A DNA stretch of 64,000 nt from Ensifer sp. GTDB lineage: Bacteria; Pseudomonadota; Alphaproteobacteria; Rhizobiales; Rhizobiaceae. The position numbers and the translations under genes were made by a program. The stretch lies in the NCBI GenBank assembly GCA_050306195.1, contig JBNLGT010000003.1, forward strand, positions 1,606-65,605, read 5' to 3'. Of the stretch, positions 32,806-43,100 are shown piece after piece. The number at the start of each line of letters is the position of its first letter. Position 1 is the first letter of the stretch. The notes beneath the pieces were generated by a model that was not told where the DNA came from, searched no databases, and saw only the letters and a program-made list of their open reading frames with translations.

Positions 32806-33456
32806 TTATCCAAAGACATTTGTCTCGCGCCGCATTTGCCGCGAGTAATAGGCCCAGAAAAGTCTGGCCGCCACCGACCGCCAGGGCGACCAAGCCGCCG
32901 CGATTTCCGACAAGACATTACCTTTGGGCTTCTCATTGAGACCCAATCCATGCGCCACGGCATTTTGCAGCGCGACGTCCCCAAGCGGGAAGATATCGGC
33001 ATGACCTGCACAAAACATCAGGTAGATATCGGCGGTCCAGGGCCCAATACCCTTGATTGCCGTCAGCTGCGCTTTCGCCTCCAGATCCGGAGCAACGCAA
33101 ATGCGCTCCAGGTCAAGCCCCTCACTCTTAACGGCGTGCGCGGCAGCGCGCAGCGTTCCGAGCTTGGCGTTCGAAAGACCTACCCCACGCAACTGCTCCT
33201 CTTCCAATGCCAGCAGGCTGTCCGGGCGAATGGCAGGCCCTGTCAACAAAAGGAGACGCTCCCATATGCTGTTTGCTGCCGCCCGGGAAATCATCTGCGA
33301 AACAATAATATTCGCCAGTCCTTCGAACCCGGGCTTCTGAAGCCTGAGTGGAACATCGCCGGCAAGACGAATCACAGCGCCCAACCGGTCGTCACTCGAC
33401 TCCAGCGCCGCCAACCCCTCCTCAATATCCGTCATTCCCCTGATAACGCGTGTCAC
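32806..33456 (-). CDS. alkA: DNA-3-methyladenine glycosylase II (HhH-GPD family)
   Basis: IIVSQMIS, IKGIGPWTAD, FPLGDVAL, WSPWRSVAA. Confidence 0.85.
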   Translation of the reverse strand: MTRVIRGMTDIEEGLAALESSDDRLGAVIRLAGDVPLRLQKPGFEGLANIIVSQMISRAAANSIWERLLLLTGPAIRPDSLLALEEEQLRGVGLSNAKLGTLRAAAHAVKSEGLDLERICVAPDLEAKAQLTAIKGIGPWTADIYLMFCAGHADIFPLGDVALQNAVAHGLGLNEKPKGNVLSEIAAAWSPWRSVAARLFWAYYSRQMRRETNVFG

Positions 33457-33509
33457 AACCGTCCTCGAATTACACTTGGCCTGCGCCAGCTTTCCTGCCA
33501 GAAAGAGGC

Positions 33510-34400
33510 ATGTCTACCCCGCCCGGTCAAAGGTCCGTTTTCCGCTTCGCTCCCAGCCCCAATGGCTATCTTCACCTTGGCCACGCGCTGTCGGCTATCC
33601 TCAATGCCAGGATGGCAAAGGAAATCGGGGGGCGATTTCTACTGCGTATTGAGGACATCGATCTGGCCCGCTGCAAGCCGGAATATGAAGACGCCATCTA
33701 TACAGATATCCAATGGCTGGGTCTTGAATGGGAAAGCCCCGTAAGGCGGCAATCGGAACACATTGCCGATTATCAATCGGCGCTGGACACGCTCAAGGCC
33801 AGGGACTTGGTTTACCCCGCTTTCATGAGTCGCGGCCAAATACGTGAATGGGTCCAAATAACAGAAGAAGCAGGATCAAAATGGCCGCGCGACCCAGACG
33901 GTTCGCCGCATTATCCACCGCTTTGCAAGGCTCTCCCGAGGGAGGAAAGTCTGGCTCGCATAGCCAAGGGAGAGAAACACGCCTGGCGTCTCGATATGGA
34001 AAAGGCGATTTCCGTGTTGAAAGCACCACTTCATTTTCGGGAGACAGGGGAAGAGCCAACCGGCACGGTGCTTGTTGATCCATCCATTTGGGGTGATGTC
34101 ATGCTGTGGCGTTGGGATGCCCCTTCGAGTTACCATCTATCAGTCGTGGTCGATGATAGCTTGCAAGGCGTAACCCATGTCGTGCGTGGCCTTGATCTCT
34201 TCCAGGCGACACATATCCACCGCCTGCTCCAGCATCTTCTCAATCTGCCCGAGCCCATCTATCACCATCACCGGCTCATCCGCGATGAAACAGAACGCAA
34301 ACTGTCAAAGAGCAATGCGTCAACAGCCATTTCCGCCCTGTGGCAACAGGGGCTTGGCGTTGAGGAACTACTGGCTCTGATCGGGCTGGACGTTGCGTGA
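33510..34400 (+). CDS. gluQ: Glutamyl-Q tRNA(Asp) synthetase
   Basis: RFAPSPNGYLHLGH, LRIEDID, THVVRGLDL, KLSKS; no anticodon-binding domain. Confidence 0.92.
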   Translation: MSTPPGQRSVFRFAPSPNGYLHLGHALSAILNARMAKEIGGRFLLRIEDIDLARCKPEYEDAIYTDIQWLGLEWESPVRRQSEHIADYQSALDTLKARDLVYPAFMSRGQIREWVQITEEAGSKWPRDPDGSPHYPPLCKALPREESLARIAKGEKHAWRLDMEKAISVLKAPLHFRETGEEPTGTVLVDPSIWGDVMLWRWDAPSSYHLSVVVDDSLQGVTHVVRGLDLFQATHIHRLLQHLLNLPEPIYHHHRLIRDETERKLSKSNASTAISALWQQGLGVEELLALIGLDVA

Positions 34401-35243
34401 AATCAGGTGATAGACGCGATATTTCATCAGTGCCGTGTTGATCTCCGCACCGATGATAAAAATCACCCCGATCATATAGAGAAACACAAGCGCAATCATG
34501 ATCGACGCCAGCCCGGCATAGGTGCGGGTATAATTGGCAAACGCCCCGATATAATAAGCAAAAAGATAGGCAGCGCCCGACCACGCAATCAAGGTCAGTA
34601 AAATCCCCGGAATGACGTCAACAAACCGCCTTCGACCGGCAGGCATGAAAATATGGGCGATGAAGAGGGCAAGCGTCAGCACTGCTGCCGTCAACCAAAT
34701 GCGCCAGTTCTGTATCGCCTCAATAGGTGCGCTGAGCCAGGGAGCAAGTTCTTTCACATACTGTGCGGCAAGCGGAACGAAAACAAGCAGCAGGCTCACC
34801 GCAGCCAGCCCGACAACTGCTGCAAAAACATAGGCCAGGCTGATCAGGCGCGTGATGTACCATGGACGGCGCTCGTAAACGCGGTAGGCCCGGTTAAGTG
34901 ATACCCTGAGCGCCTCCACCCCATTGGAGGCAAAATAGGCGGCCGCCAATACCGACACCGTCAGAAGGCCGCCATGCGGTATTGTCAACACCTGCACCAC
35001 CTCCTTCGAAATCGGTTCGGCAATCACGGCAGGCCATGTATCAAAAATCAGGTGCACGGCAGTCTGGGCAAACTGATCAGCGCCCAGATAGGTCGCCAGC
35101 GCCGTTCCGAAAATCATGAAAGGGAAAACAGCCAGCAGTGAAGACAATGCCACGTGACTGGCCATCGCCCAGCCATCATCATCAGCAAAGTGATATAGCG
35201 CGTCATATATAACTTTATAGATGACGCGAATAAGCGTGGGCAT
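34368..35243 (-). CDS. YihY/BrkB-family membrane protein
   Basis: SLLAVFPF, LNRAY, YTRTYAGLASIMIALVFLY..IGAEIN. Confidence 0.9.
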   Translation of the reverse strand: MPTLIRVIYKVIYDALYHFADDDGWAMASHVALSSLLAVFPFMIFGTALATYLGADQFAQTAVHLIFDTWPAVIAEPISKEVVQVLTIPHGGLLTVSVLAAAYFASNGVEALRVSLNRAYRVYERRPWYITRLISLAYVFAAVVGLAAVSLLLVFVPLAAQYVKELAPWLSAPIEAIQNWRIWLTAAVLTLALFIAHIFMPAGRRRFVDVIPGILLTLIAWSGAAYLFAYYIGAFANYTRTYAGLASIMIALVFLYMIGVIFIIGAEINTALMKYRVYHLISRNVQPDQSQ

Positions 35244-35305
35244 TGATCCTCTCTTTCATTGAGGTGAATATGGAAAACGAATCGTCTTTTGTACAGAACG
35301 ACTGA

Positions 35306-36148
35306 ATGCCCCACCCTAATAACCAAATGCGCACAATTATCATAACCGGCTGTTCGTCCGGGATTGGAGCTTATTGCGCACGCGCTTTGCAAGCTGAAGG
35401 CTGGCGCGTATTTGCCACGGTGCGCAAACATGAAGATCGCGCTGCTTTGGAGGAGGCGGGCATTGAAACCTTCATCATGGACTATCGTGATATCGACAGC
35501 ATACGCGCATTGGTATCGGACGTTCTTGAAAAGACCGGCGGACGGCTCGACGCATTGTTCAATAATGGAGCCTATGGTCAGGCGGGGGCCGTGGAAGATC
35601 TTTCAGTGGAAACCCTGCGCGCGCAGTTCGAGACCAACCTTTTCGGCTGGCACGAACTCACGCGGCTCGTCATTCCCGTCATGCGCAGGCAGGGCCATGG
35701 GCGCATCGTTCAATGTTCCTCAATCCTTGGTCTTGTTCCCAATCGCTGGCGCGGAGCCTATACGGCATCAAAATTTGCGCTCGAGGGATTGAACATCACA
35801 TTGAGAATGGAGCTGGCCGGCAGCGGTATTCATGTCAGTCTCATTGAGCCAGGGCCCATTGAATCCCGCTTCATCACCAATGCGCTTGCCAAAATTGAAG
35901 AAAACATCGACATCGAAAACTCTGTCCACCGTGAAGAATACAAAAAGCAACTCAACAGATTACGCGGCGAAACAAGATCAAAAGGCAAACTCGGGCCGGA
36001 TGCAGTGTTCAAAGTGCTGAACCATGCCTTGACCGCGCGCCGCCCAAAACCGCATTATCCCGTCACCGCACCTGCCAAACAGGGTCTGTTATTAAAAAAA
36101 CTGCTCCCGGCTCCAATCTTTTACAAGATTATCGGAAAACTCGGCTGA
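35306..36148 (+). CDS. Classical short-chain dehydrogenase (YbbO-like)
   Basis: TGCSSGIG, NNG, YTASK, IEPGPI. Confidence 0.9.
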   Translation: MPHPNNQMRTIIITGCSSGIGAYCARALQAEGWRVFATVRKHEDRAALEEAGIETFIMDYRDIDSIRALVSDVLEKTGGRLDALFNNGAYGQAGAVEDLSVETLRAQFETNLFGWHELTRLVIPVMRRQGHGRIVQCSSILGLVPNRWRGAYTASKFALEGLNITLRMELAGSGIHVSLIEPGPIESRFITNALAKIEENIDIENSVHREEYKKQLNRLRGETRSKGKLGPDAVFKVLNHALTARRPKPHYPVTAPAKQGLLLKKLLPAPIFYKIIGKLG

Positions 36149-36169
36149 AGCAGAAAAGGAAGCTCATAT

Positions 36170-36370
36170 ATGGGTGGTTTCACCAGCATTCTTGCACTCC
36201 TGTTCATGGCAGCCGTCGTGCTGGTTCTTATTCGAGGTCTGTGGAACATGCTTAAAGGCGGCAGTGGCACAACGTCCAACAAGCTCATGCAGGCGCGCGT
36301 CATTCTTCAAGCCATTGCCGTGGCGCTGATCATGCTGACGCTCTGGCTTACCGGTGGCGGGCGCGGCTGA
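36170..36370 (+). CDS. Twin-transmembrane-helix small protein (HIG1-like)
   Basis: Two TM segments flanking SNKLMQARV; AAGGAAG RBS. Confidence 0.85.
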   Translation: MGGFTSILALLFMAAVVLVLIRGLWNMLKGGSGTTSNKLMQARVILQAIAVALIMLTLWLTGGGRG

Positions 36371-36375
36371 AAACG

Positions 36376-36954
36376 ATGGTCAAACTCAACAAGATTTACA
36401 CCAAAACCGGAGACGACGGCACAACGGGTCTGGCAGCAGGCCCGCGACGGATCAAAAGTGACCGGCGCGTCGATGCCTATGGCGTGGTTGACGAGACAAA
36501 CGCATTTATAGGTCTCGCCAGACTTTCAACGGGTAGCTTGCCGGAAATCGACGCCATACTCGCTGACGTTCAAAATGGCCTGTTTGATCTGGGAGCCGAC
36601 CTCGCTACGCCTGAAACCGGTGAACCTCTCGGCTATGAAGCGCTTCGCGTGACAGACAAACAGGTCGAAGCGCTGGAAGCCGCAATAGACCAGCTCAATC
36701 AGCGTCTTGAGCCACTTAAATCCTTCGTGCTGCCCGGCGGCACGCCCGCGTCAGCCGCCCTGCACGTCGCCCGAACAGTCAGCCGCAGGGCCGAGCGGCT
36801 GATGGTGGAGCTGTCGCTGACTGAGGGGGAACATGTCAGCACAACCGCGTTGCGCTACATAAATCGCCTGTCCGACTTGCTATTCGTTGCAGCGCGCGTC
36901 GCCAACAATGATGGTCAACAGGACGTTCTCTGGGTGCCGGGGCAAAACAGGTAG
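36376..36954 (+). CDS. PduO-type ATP:cob(I)alamin adenosyltransferase
   Basis: IYTKTGDDGTT, FVLPGG, RRAER, YINRLSD. Confidence 0.92.
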   Translation: MVKLNKIYTKTGDDGTTGLAAGPRRIKSDRRVDAYGVVDETNAFIGLARLSTGSLPEIDAILADVQNGLFDLGADLATPETGEPLGYEALRVTDKQVEALEAAIDQLNQRLEPLKSFVLPGGTPASAALHVARTVSRRAERLMVELSLTEGEHVSTTALRYINRLSDLLFVAARVANNDGQQDVLWVPGQNR

Positions 36955-36963
36955 GGGCTGCCA

Positions 36964-37734
36964 ATGTTCATTCCGCTTTATGACAAAAATGCGCTCGAAC
37001 ACATTTCCCGACCCTATGTCACCTATTTCCTGGTTGCCGCCAATATACTTATTTGGCTCTTCACGGCAGCCGTATCAGCGGCCGAAGCCGATGGGATTGT
37101 AGCGGGGTTTGCATTCATTCCATCTGTAGCCATGGGAGATAAGATCCTCGACCCGTCCCTTGCCGTCATTCCGGACGGATGGACGGTTCTCACCTATGCC
37201 TTTCTACATGGCGACTTTTGGCACTTAGCCTCCAATATGCTGTTCCTCTGGATATTTGGCGACAATATAGAGGATGCATTGGGACATTTCCGATACATCA
37301 TTTTTTATGGTCTCTGCGCCGCCGCCGGCGCACTGGTTCACGGGCTGGTCGCACCAAATTCCGATGCGCCCCTGATCGGCGCCTCCGGCGCCATTTCCGG
37401 TATTGTTGCAGCCTATCTCATATTGCACCCCAAAGTTCGTCTTTGGGTGCTCGTATTCTTCCGCATCCCGTTGCCATTGCCAGCTGCCATTCCTCTTCTT
37501 TTCTGGGTTCTGCAGCAATTCTATTTCCTTTTTGCCGGATCAGAAGACGCCATATCCTGGGGAGCCCACACCGGCGGGATTATCACCGGCGCAATCCTGA
37601 TCCTCTTCCTACGCAGACGCGGCGTCCCCCTGTTTGACCGTGAAACGCCGACAGCTGAACTTGTCCTTCACGCAGACGGCTCACCACCTGTGGCCGCCGA
37701 AGACGCCGATGCAGTCAAATGGGGGCGCAGTTAA
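36964..37734 (+). CDS. Rhomboid intramembrane serine protease
   Basis: FLHG..HL..NMLFL, GASG catalytic Ser, AHTGG catalytic His. Confidence 0.92.
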   Translation: MFIPLYDKNALEHISRPYVTYFLVAANILIWLFTAAVSAAEADGIVAGFAFIPSVAMGDKILDPSLAVIPDGWTVLTYAFLHGDFWHLASNMLFLWIFGDNIEDALGHFRYIIFYGLCAAAGALVHGLVAPNSDAPLIGASGAISGIVAAYLILHPKVRLWVLVFFRIPLPLPAAIPLLFWVLQQFYFLFAGSEDAISWGAHTGGIITGAILILFLRRRGVPLFDRETPTAELVLHADGSPPVAAEDADAVKWGRS

Positions 37735-37789
37735 TGCGGCACCTGAACGCACCAGGAGCGAGCATCTCAAATTTGCGGCAACGCAACAT

Positions 37790-37818
37790 ATTGACGCGGA
37801 CGTAAGCGTAAGCTATTT
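37790..37818 (+). promoter_or_regulatory. etfBA promoter overlapped by a LiuR-like operator
   Basis: ATTGAC-N17-CTATTT; contains TTGACGCGGACGTAAGCGTAAG, similar to the LiuR box TTTACGTwwACGTAAA. Confidence 0.55.
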
Positions 37819-37956
37819 CGGCAACAAATTTGCCGTTAGACGGCGCCAAGCGTTGAATTTGGAGGAAAAACGCTTATCCATGTCGCCATTCAGCCAACGA
37901 ACAGTCTTGATATTGGCGCATGTTCCCCCAAAAATATGGAAGGAAGGAACCTCGGC

Positions 37957-38709
37957 ATGAAGATATTGGTAACGGTGAAACGAGTTGTTGATTACAACGT
38001 CAAGATCCGTGTTAAAGGCGATGGAAGCGGCGTTGAGCTTGCCAACGTGAAGATGTCCATGAACCCGTTTGACGAAATTTCCGTCGAAGAGGCGCTGCGA
38101 CTGAAAGAAGCAGGCAAAGCTGAAGAAGTTGTCGTTGTCTCCGTTGGCCCTGCCAAGGCTGAAGAAACGATCCGCACGGCACTTGCTATGGGCGCAGACC
38201 GCGGCATTCTCATTGAGACAGACGAGACGGTTGAACCGCTCGCTGTCGCCAAGCTGGTCAAAGGCGTTGTCGAAGAAGAAAAGCCGGGCCTCGTCATCGT
38301 TGGCAAGCAGGCTATTGACGACGATTCCAACCAGACCGGCCAGATGCTTTCGGCCTTGCTCGGCTGGGCCCAGGGCACTTTCGCCTCCAAGGTCGAAATC
38401 ATCGACGACACCAAGGCCAATGTGACACGCGAAGTCGATGGTGGTCTGCAGACCATCGAAGTGAAGCTTCCAGCCATCGTCACCAGCGACCTTCGGTTGA
38501 ACGAGCCACGTTATGCGTCGCTTCCCAACATCATGAAGGCCAAGAAGAAGCCGCTCGACAAGAAGAGCCCGGCTGATTACGGCGTTGATCTTGCTCCGCG
38601 TCTAACAGTCGTGACGACAGAAGAGCCGGCTGGCCGCAAGGCTGGCGTCAAGGTTGCCGATGTCGCCGAACTGGTTTCGAAACTGAAAAACGAAGCCGGC
38701 GTGCTTTAA
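37957..38709 (+). CDS. etfB: Electron transfer flavoprotein beta subunit
   Basis: [38 protein letters not shown]; start set at MKILV. Confidence 0.97.
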   Translation: MKILVTVKRVVDYNVKIRVKGDGSGVELANVKMSMNPFDEISVEEALRLKEAGKAEEVVVVSVGPAKAEETIRTALAMGADRGILIETDETVEPLAVAKLVKGVVEEEKPGLVIVGKQAIDDDSNQTGQMLSALLGWAQGTFASKVEIIDDTKANVTREVDGGLQTIEVKLPAIVTSDLRLNEPRYASLPNIMKAKKKPLDKKSPADYGVDLAPRLTVVTTEEPAGRKAGVKVADVAELVSKLKNEAGVL

Positions 38710-38732
38710 GTTCAAGGACGGAGAAAAAGACA

Positions 38733-39662
38733 ATGACAATTCTTCTTGTTGCAGATCACAACAATTCCGCCTTGGACGGCCAGACGGCGAAGGCGCTTTC
38801 CGCAGCTGCTGAAATCGGTGGCGATGTTCATGTGCTGGTGGCTGGCGCAGGCGCCAAATCGGTTGCTGATGAAGCCGCCAAGCTTTCCGGCGTTTCCAAG
38901 GTTCTTCTGGCTGACGATGCCGCTTACGGCCACCAGCTTGCAGAACCGGTTGCAGACCTCATTGTATCGCTTGCCGGTTCTTATGACGCCATCATCTCAG
39001 CAGCCACCACGTCGGGCAAGAACATCATGCCGCGTGTGGCAGCCCTTCTCGATGTGATGCAGATCTCGGAAATCACCGAGGTTGTCTCTGCCGACACATT
39101 CAAGCGCCCGATCTATGCAGGCAATGCGATCCAGACCGTCAAATCCTCTGACGCCAAGAAGGTGATCACGGTTCGCACGGCTTCGTTCAGTGCAGCAGGC
39201 GAAGGCGGATCGGCTTCTGTCGAAACCATTTCAGCAGCCGCCAATCCGGGTGTTTCCGCACATGTCGAAGACAAGCTGTCGGAAAGCGACCGTCCGGAAC
39301 TGGCATCAGCCAAAATCATCATCTCCGGTGGCCGTGCGCTTGGTTCATCTGAGAAGTTCCAGGAAGTTATTCTTCCTGTTGCTGACAAGCTGGGGGCTGC
39401 CGTTGGCGCAAGCCGTGCAGCCGTTGATGCAGGCTACGCCCCGAACGACTGGCAGGTTGGCCAGACCGGCAAGGTTGTCGCGCCGGATCTCTACATTGCC
39501 TGCGGCATCTCCGGTGCAATCCAGCATCTGGCCGGCATGAAGGACTCGAAGGTAATCGTTGCCATCAACAAGGACGAGGAAGCGCCGATCTTCCAAGTTG
39601 CTGACTACGGCCTCGTTGCTGACCTCTTCGACGCTCTGCCGGAGCTGGAAAAGGCGCTCTGA
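38733..39662 (+). CDS. etfA: Electron transfer flavoprotein alpha subunit
   Basis: [40 protein letters not shown]. Confidence 0.97.
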   Translation: MTILLVADHNNSALDGQTAKALSAAAEIGGDVHVLVAGAGAKSVADEAAKLSGVSKVLLADDAAYGHQLAEPVADLIVSLAGSYDAIISAATTSGKNIMPRVAALLDVMQISEITEVVSADTFKRPIYAGNAIQTVKSSDAKKVITVRTASFSAAGEGGSASVETISAAANPGVSAHVEDKLSESDRPELASAKIIISGGRALGSSEKFQEVILPVADKLGAAVGASRAAVDAGYAPNDWQVGQTGKVVAPDLYIACGISGAIQHLAGMKDSKVIVAINKDEEAPIFQVADYGLVADLFDALPELEKAL

Positions 39663-39674
39663 TAAAAGCCCTAC

Positions 39675-39742
39675 TTTTGGGGAATTCACTTTCCCCAAAA
39701 CCAATTCTAACCTTTGATACCGCGTAAGACTTTTACGCGGTA
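39675..39742. repeat. Two adjacent perfect 10-bp hairpins
   Basis: TTTTGGGGAA-N6-TTCCCCAAAA (39675-39700) and TACCGCGTAA-N5-TTACGCGGTA (39718-39742). Confidence 0.7.
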
Positions 39743-39832
39743 CATCTTGAACTGTTTTACGGCATCGCGGGAGCCGGATAAGCAGACGGCATAAGTCCGA
39801 TGCTGAACTCAGCGGTATAAAAAGGCACACCA

Positions 39833-40708
39833 ATGGCAATCAGGAAAATTGGGGTTATTGGCGCAGGTCAGATGGGAAGCGGCATCGCGCAGGTTAGCGC
39901 GGCATCCGGCTACGAGGTCGTTCTCTACGATCTCGATCAATCTCGCATTGACGCCGCAATCACTGGGATTGGAGGCCACCTGGGCCGCCAGGTCGCCAAT
40001 AACAAGATGGACCCCGCCGAACGGGAAGCCGCCCTTTCCAAAATCAAAGGCAGCACGGCGGTTGAAGCCCTCGCAGATATGGACCTTGTTATCGAGGCTG
40101 CGACAGAGGACGAATCCGTCAAGCGTAAAATCTACGCCCAGGTTTGCCCGGTACTGAAACCCGAAGCGCTGTTGGCAACAAACACATCATCGCTTTCCAT
40201 CACCCGGCTTGCCTCAAGCACTGATCGTCCCGAACGGTTCATGGGCATCCATTTCATGAATCCAGTTCCGGTGATGAAGCTTGTTGAACTCGTTCGCGGC
40301 ATTGCAACCGAGGAAGCCACATTTGCCGAGGCCCGCGCTTATGCTGCGTCCCTCGACAAAACCGTAACGGTGTCTGAAGATTTCCCTGCCTTCATCGTCA
40401 ACCGCATTCTATTGCCCATGATCAACGAGGCAATTTATACGCTTTACGAAGGCGTTGGCTCCGTGGAGGCCATCGACACCGCCATGAAGCTCGGCGCTAA
40501 TCATCCCATGGGCCCGCTTCAGCTTGCCGATTTCATCGGCCTCGACACATGCCTCGCCATTATGCAGGTGCTGCATGATGGTCTGGCAGACTCGAAATAC
40601 CGCCCTTGTCCGCTGCTGGTTAAATATGTTGAAGCCGGATGGCTGGGACGCAAATCTGGCCGTGGCTTTTATGACTATCGCGGCGAACAACCAGTCCCCA
40701 CGCGCTGA
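39833..40708 (+). CDS. hbd: 3-hydroxybutyryl-CoA dehydrogenase
   Basis: GAGQMGSGIA, NTSS, HFMNPVP, FIVNR, HPMGP, LGRKSGRGFY. Confidence 0.95.
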   Translation: MAIRKIGVIGAGQMGSGIAQVSAASGYEVVLYDLDQSRIDAAITGIGGHLGRQVANNKMDPAEREAALSKIKGSTAVEALADMDLVIEAATEDESVKRKIYAQVCPVLKPEALLATNTSSLSITRLASSTDRPERFMGIHFMNPVPVMKLVELVRGIATEEATFAEARAYAASLDKTVTVSEDFPAFIVNRILLPMINEAIYTLYEGVGSVEAIDTAMKLGANHPMGPLQLADFIGLDTCLAIMQVLHDGLADSKYRPCPLLVKYVEAGWLGRKSGRGFYDYRGEQPVPTR

Positions 40709-40822
40709 ATCGGATTTCAGATCAAAAAGTTATAGCGGGCTTGCCGTCGAGCCCTTTGATTTTTGAACCGCTAACTTTGTATTAGCGCATTGAACGTAAT
40801 TTCCGCCCGCAGGAGAGACCTC

Positions 40823-42391
40823 GTGCGGTTTGATTACAGAACAAAATTCTCAATTGTATTCCTAAGCCTGACAATCGGGCTGACGGCGCTGGTGTTTGGC
40901 GTCCATATCCTGGTTATCTGGAAATGGAACAAGAGCCAGGTTGAGAAATATGTCGATAACGCCATTTATCGCGCAGAGCTACTCGTCGATTACACGATCC
41001 TGAGAATCCGGGAAGCACCGGAAATCAGTGACAATGGCTGCAACGCCGAGACCTTGAATAACATCCGCCAGGCGGCCTATCGTTATGGCGTCATACAGAA
41101 TGTGCGCGTTCAAACCAAGGATGTCGAATGTTGGGCCTTCGGCAATTCCAATCTTCGACTTGGCGACCTCATCAGTTCGTCGCCTCGAATGCCGGCCGAA
41201 AATCCGGACTACAGCCTGTTCGTGCTCGACTCTGCAGAGACCGGAAGCCTCGCCATTGAATGGAAAGAGACGGAAAACACCACGGTCACCGTGACAGTCA
41301 GTATCGCGCAAATCCTCTACGACATCCTTCCGCCGGAAATCAGGGACAATGCCGATATTCACATACGGCTCAACAATAGCGCAGTGATTGCGATCTATTC
41401 CCCGCTAGACCAGAAACCAGGGCGCTACATCGACACTGAAACATTCAAGGCAGCCTCCGTCCGCTATCCGTTGCAGGCGGAATTGCATATTAGCCAGAGC
41501 GTTCTGTGGAACTGGAATCGCAGTTATCCTCCGCTCATTTCAGGCATGATGCTTGCCGCCCTCGCCGGAGTATCGTTCTTCGTTACACGTGGTATTGTGC
41601 GCGACAAGGGTTTTGCCGGTGAGCTTGACGCGGCAATAGCGCGAAAGGAAATCCGGCCTTTCTACCAGCCGATCATCAATCTGATGACTGGCGAAATCGC
41701 CGGTTTTGAAATGCTGGCACGCTGGATCAAACCTGATGGCCAGATGGTCATGCCGAGCAAGTTCATTCCTTTTGCCGAGGAAACCGGGCGGATCGACGCC
41801 ATCACGAATCTGTTGCTGCAGACATCGGGTGAAGAGATCGGTTCGCTTCTAAGAGACGCACCCGACTTAAAGCTCACCTTCAATATCACACCCGAGCAAT
41901 ATCTCGCCGATGACTTCGCTGTCCACTTGGTGGAAATCCTCTCCGCCTCGCGCATTCCGCTGACGTCTGCAGTGGTGGAAGTAACCGAACGCCAGTCTAT
42001 CAGCGACAACGAGAAATCCGTATTGGTTTCCGCGCAACTGAAAAGCGCAGGTATTCGCATTGCTATTGATGATGCAGGGACTGGCCACAACGGACTTTCG
42101 TCCATTCACAGTCTCGATGCGCAATATCTCAAGATTGACAAATATTTTGTCGACGCTCTTTTCCTGGACAACAAGTCCCGAACCATTGTCGAAATGCTGA
42201 CTTCAGTCGCCAAGGAATTTGGTATGTCTGTGGTTGCCGAGGGAGTGGAAACGCTGGAACAGGCCAAAGACCTAGCCAGTATCGGAATTCAGGAAGGACA
42301 AGGCTACTATTTCTCCCGTCCTGTTCCTGCTTCCAGTTTGAAATCAATGATCGAGAACAAGCCTTTCAGCGACGCTTTGATCGCATCCTGA
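40823..42391 (+). CDS. Membrane-anchored EAL phosphodiesterase with a CSS-like two-Cys periplasmic domain
   Basis: TM-periplasmic-TM-EAL layout; YQP, EML-ARW, EVTE, DDAGTG, KIDK, AEGVE, QGYY; GTG start after AGGAG. Confidence 0.85.
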   Translation: MRFDYRTKFSIVFLSLTIGLTALVFGVHILVIWKWNKSQVEKYVDNAIYRAELLVDYTILRIREAPEISDNGCNAETLNNIRQAAYRYGVIQNVRVQTKDVECWAFGNSNLRLGDLISSSPRMPAENPDYSLFVLDSAETGSLAIEWKETENTTVTVTVSIAQILYDILPPEIRDNADIHIRLNNSAVIAIYSPLDQKPGRYIDTETFKAASVRYPLQAELHISQSVLWNWNRSYPPLISGMMLAALAGVSFFVTRGIVRDKGFAGELDAAIARKEIRPFYQPIINLMTGEIAGFEMLARWIKPDGQMVMPSKFIPFAEETGRIDAITNLLLQTSGEEIGSLLRDAPDLKLTFNITPEQYLADDFAVHLVEILSASRIPLTSAVVEVTERQSISDNEKSVLVSAQLKSAGIRIAIDDAGTGHNGLSSIHSLDAQYLKIDKYFVDALFLDNKSRTIVEMLTSVAKEFGMSVVAEGVETLEQAKDLASIGIQEGQGYYFSRPVPASSLKSMIENKPFSDALIAS

Positions 42392-42399
42392 CCAATAAA

Positions 42400-43077
42400 C
42401 TAAACTCCAGAGGCACGCCCTATAGCGTCTATAAGGGCGCGCGCATCGTCGCCATCCCACACGGCAGGCCCATTCATGTGGGCAACCAGACAACCTTTTG
42501 CGTCCAGAAGCATTGTCGAAGGAAGGCCAAAGACAAGCCCTTCCTTTTTGAGCTTGTTGAATATGCTCAAGGAATTGTCACGATAAAAGCCAAGAGCCTC
42601 GACACCTGTTTCCTGAAGGAATCTGCGAGGCTTTTCGTCGCTCTCATCGGTATCAATATTAATGGCGACAACCTCGAATTTATCAGATGAACCTACTTCT
42701 TTCTGAAGCTTGTCGAGAGCCGGCATCTCCGCGCGGCACGGCCCGCACCAGGTCGCCCAGAGATTGAGAAGCACGGTTTCCCCTTTAAAGTCAGAAATGG
42801 AAAGCACCTTGCCATTCCCGTCCTTGAAAGAAATATCGGCAAACTTGCGCGGCGCATCGGCAATCAGCGCGGCAACCTGCCCCTTAATCAGCGGCTTCAA
42901 TGTTTCCATACCGGCTTCTGAAACCGCACAATCACCCTCAAGAGAGGCAATTTCGGCAGCGCCATTGCCAGACCGCGCTTTTGTCATGTAAACCGCACCC
43001 GCACCGGCAATCATGCCTGCAGCGGCCGCAAGCGCCAGCAGCCTGATAGACGGCAAACCTAACTTTTTTTTCTGCAT
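42400..43077 (-). CDS. tlpA: Thiol:disulfide interchange protein
   Basis: N-terminal membrane anchor, NLWATWCGPCRAEMP, GLP; divergent from argH; start set at MQKKK. Confidence 0.88.
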   Translation of the reverse strand: MQKKKLGLPSIRLLALAAAAGMIAGAGAVYMTKARSGNGAAEIASLEGDCAVSEAGMETLKPLIKGQVAALIADAPRKFADISFKDGNGKVLSISDFKGETVLLNLWATWCGPCRAEMPALDKLQKEVGSSDKFEVVAINIDTDESDEKPRRFLQETGVEALGFYRDNSLSIFNKLKKEGLVFGLPSTMLLDAKGCLVAHMNGPAVWDGDDARALIDAIGRASGV

Positions 43078-43100
43078 TCCATTCTCCAGGATCTTGACCC

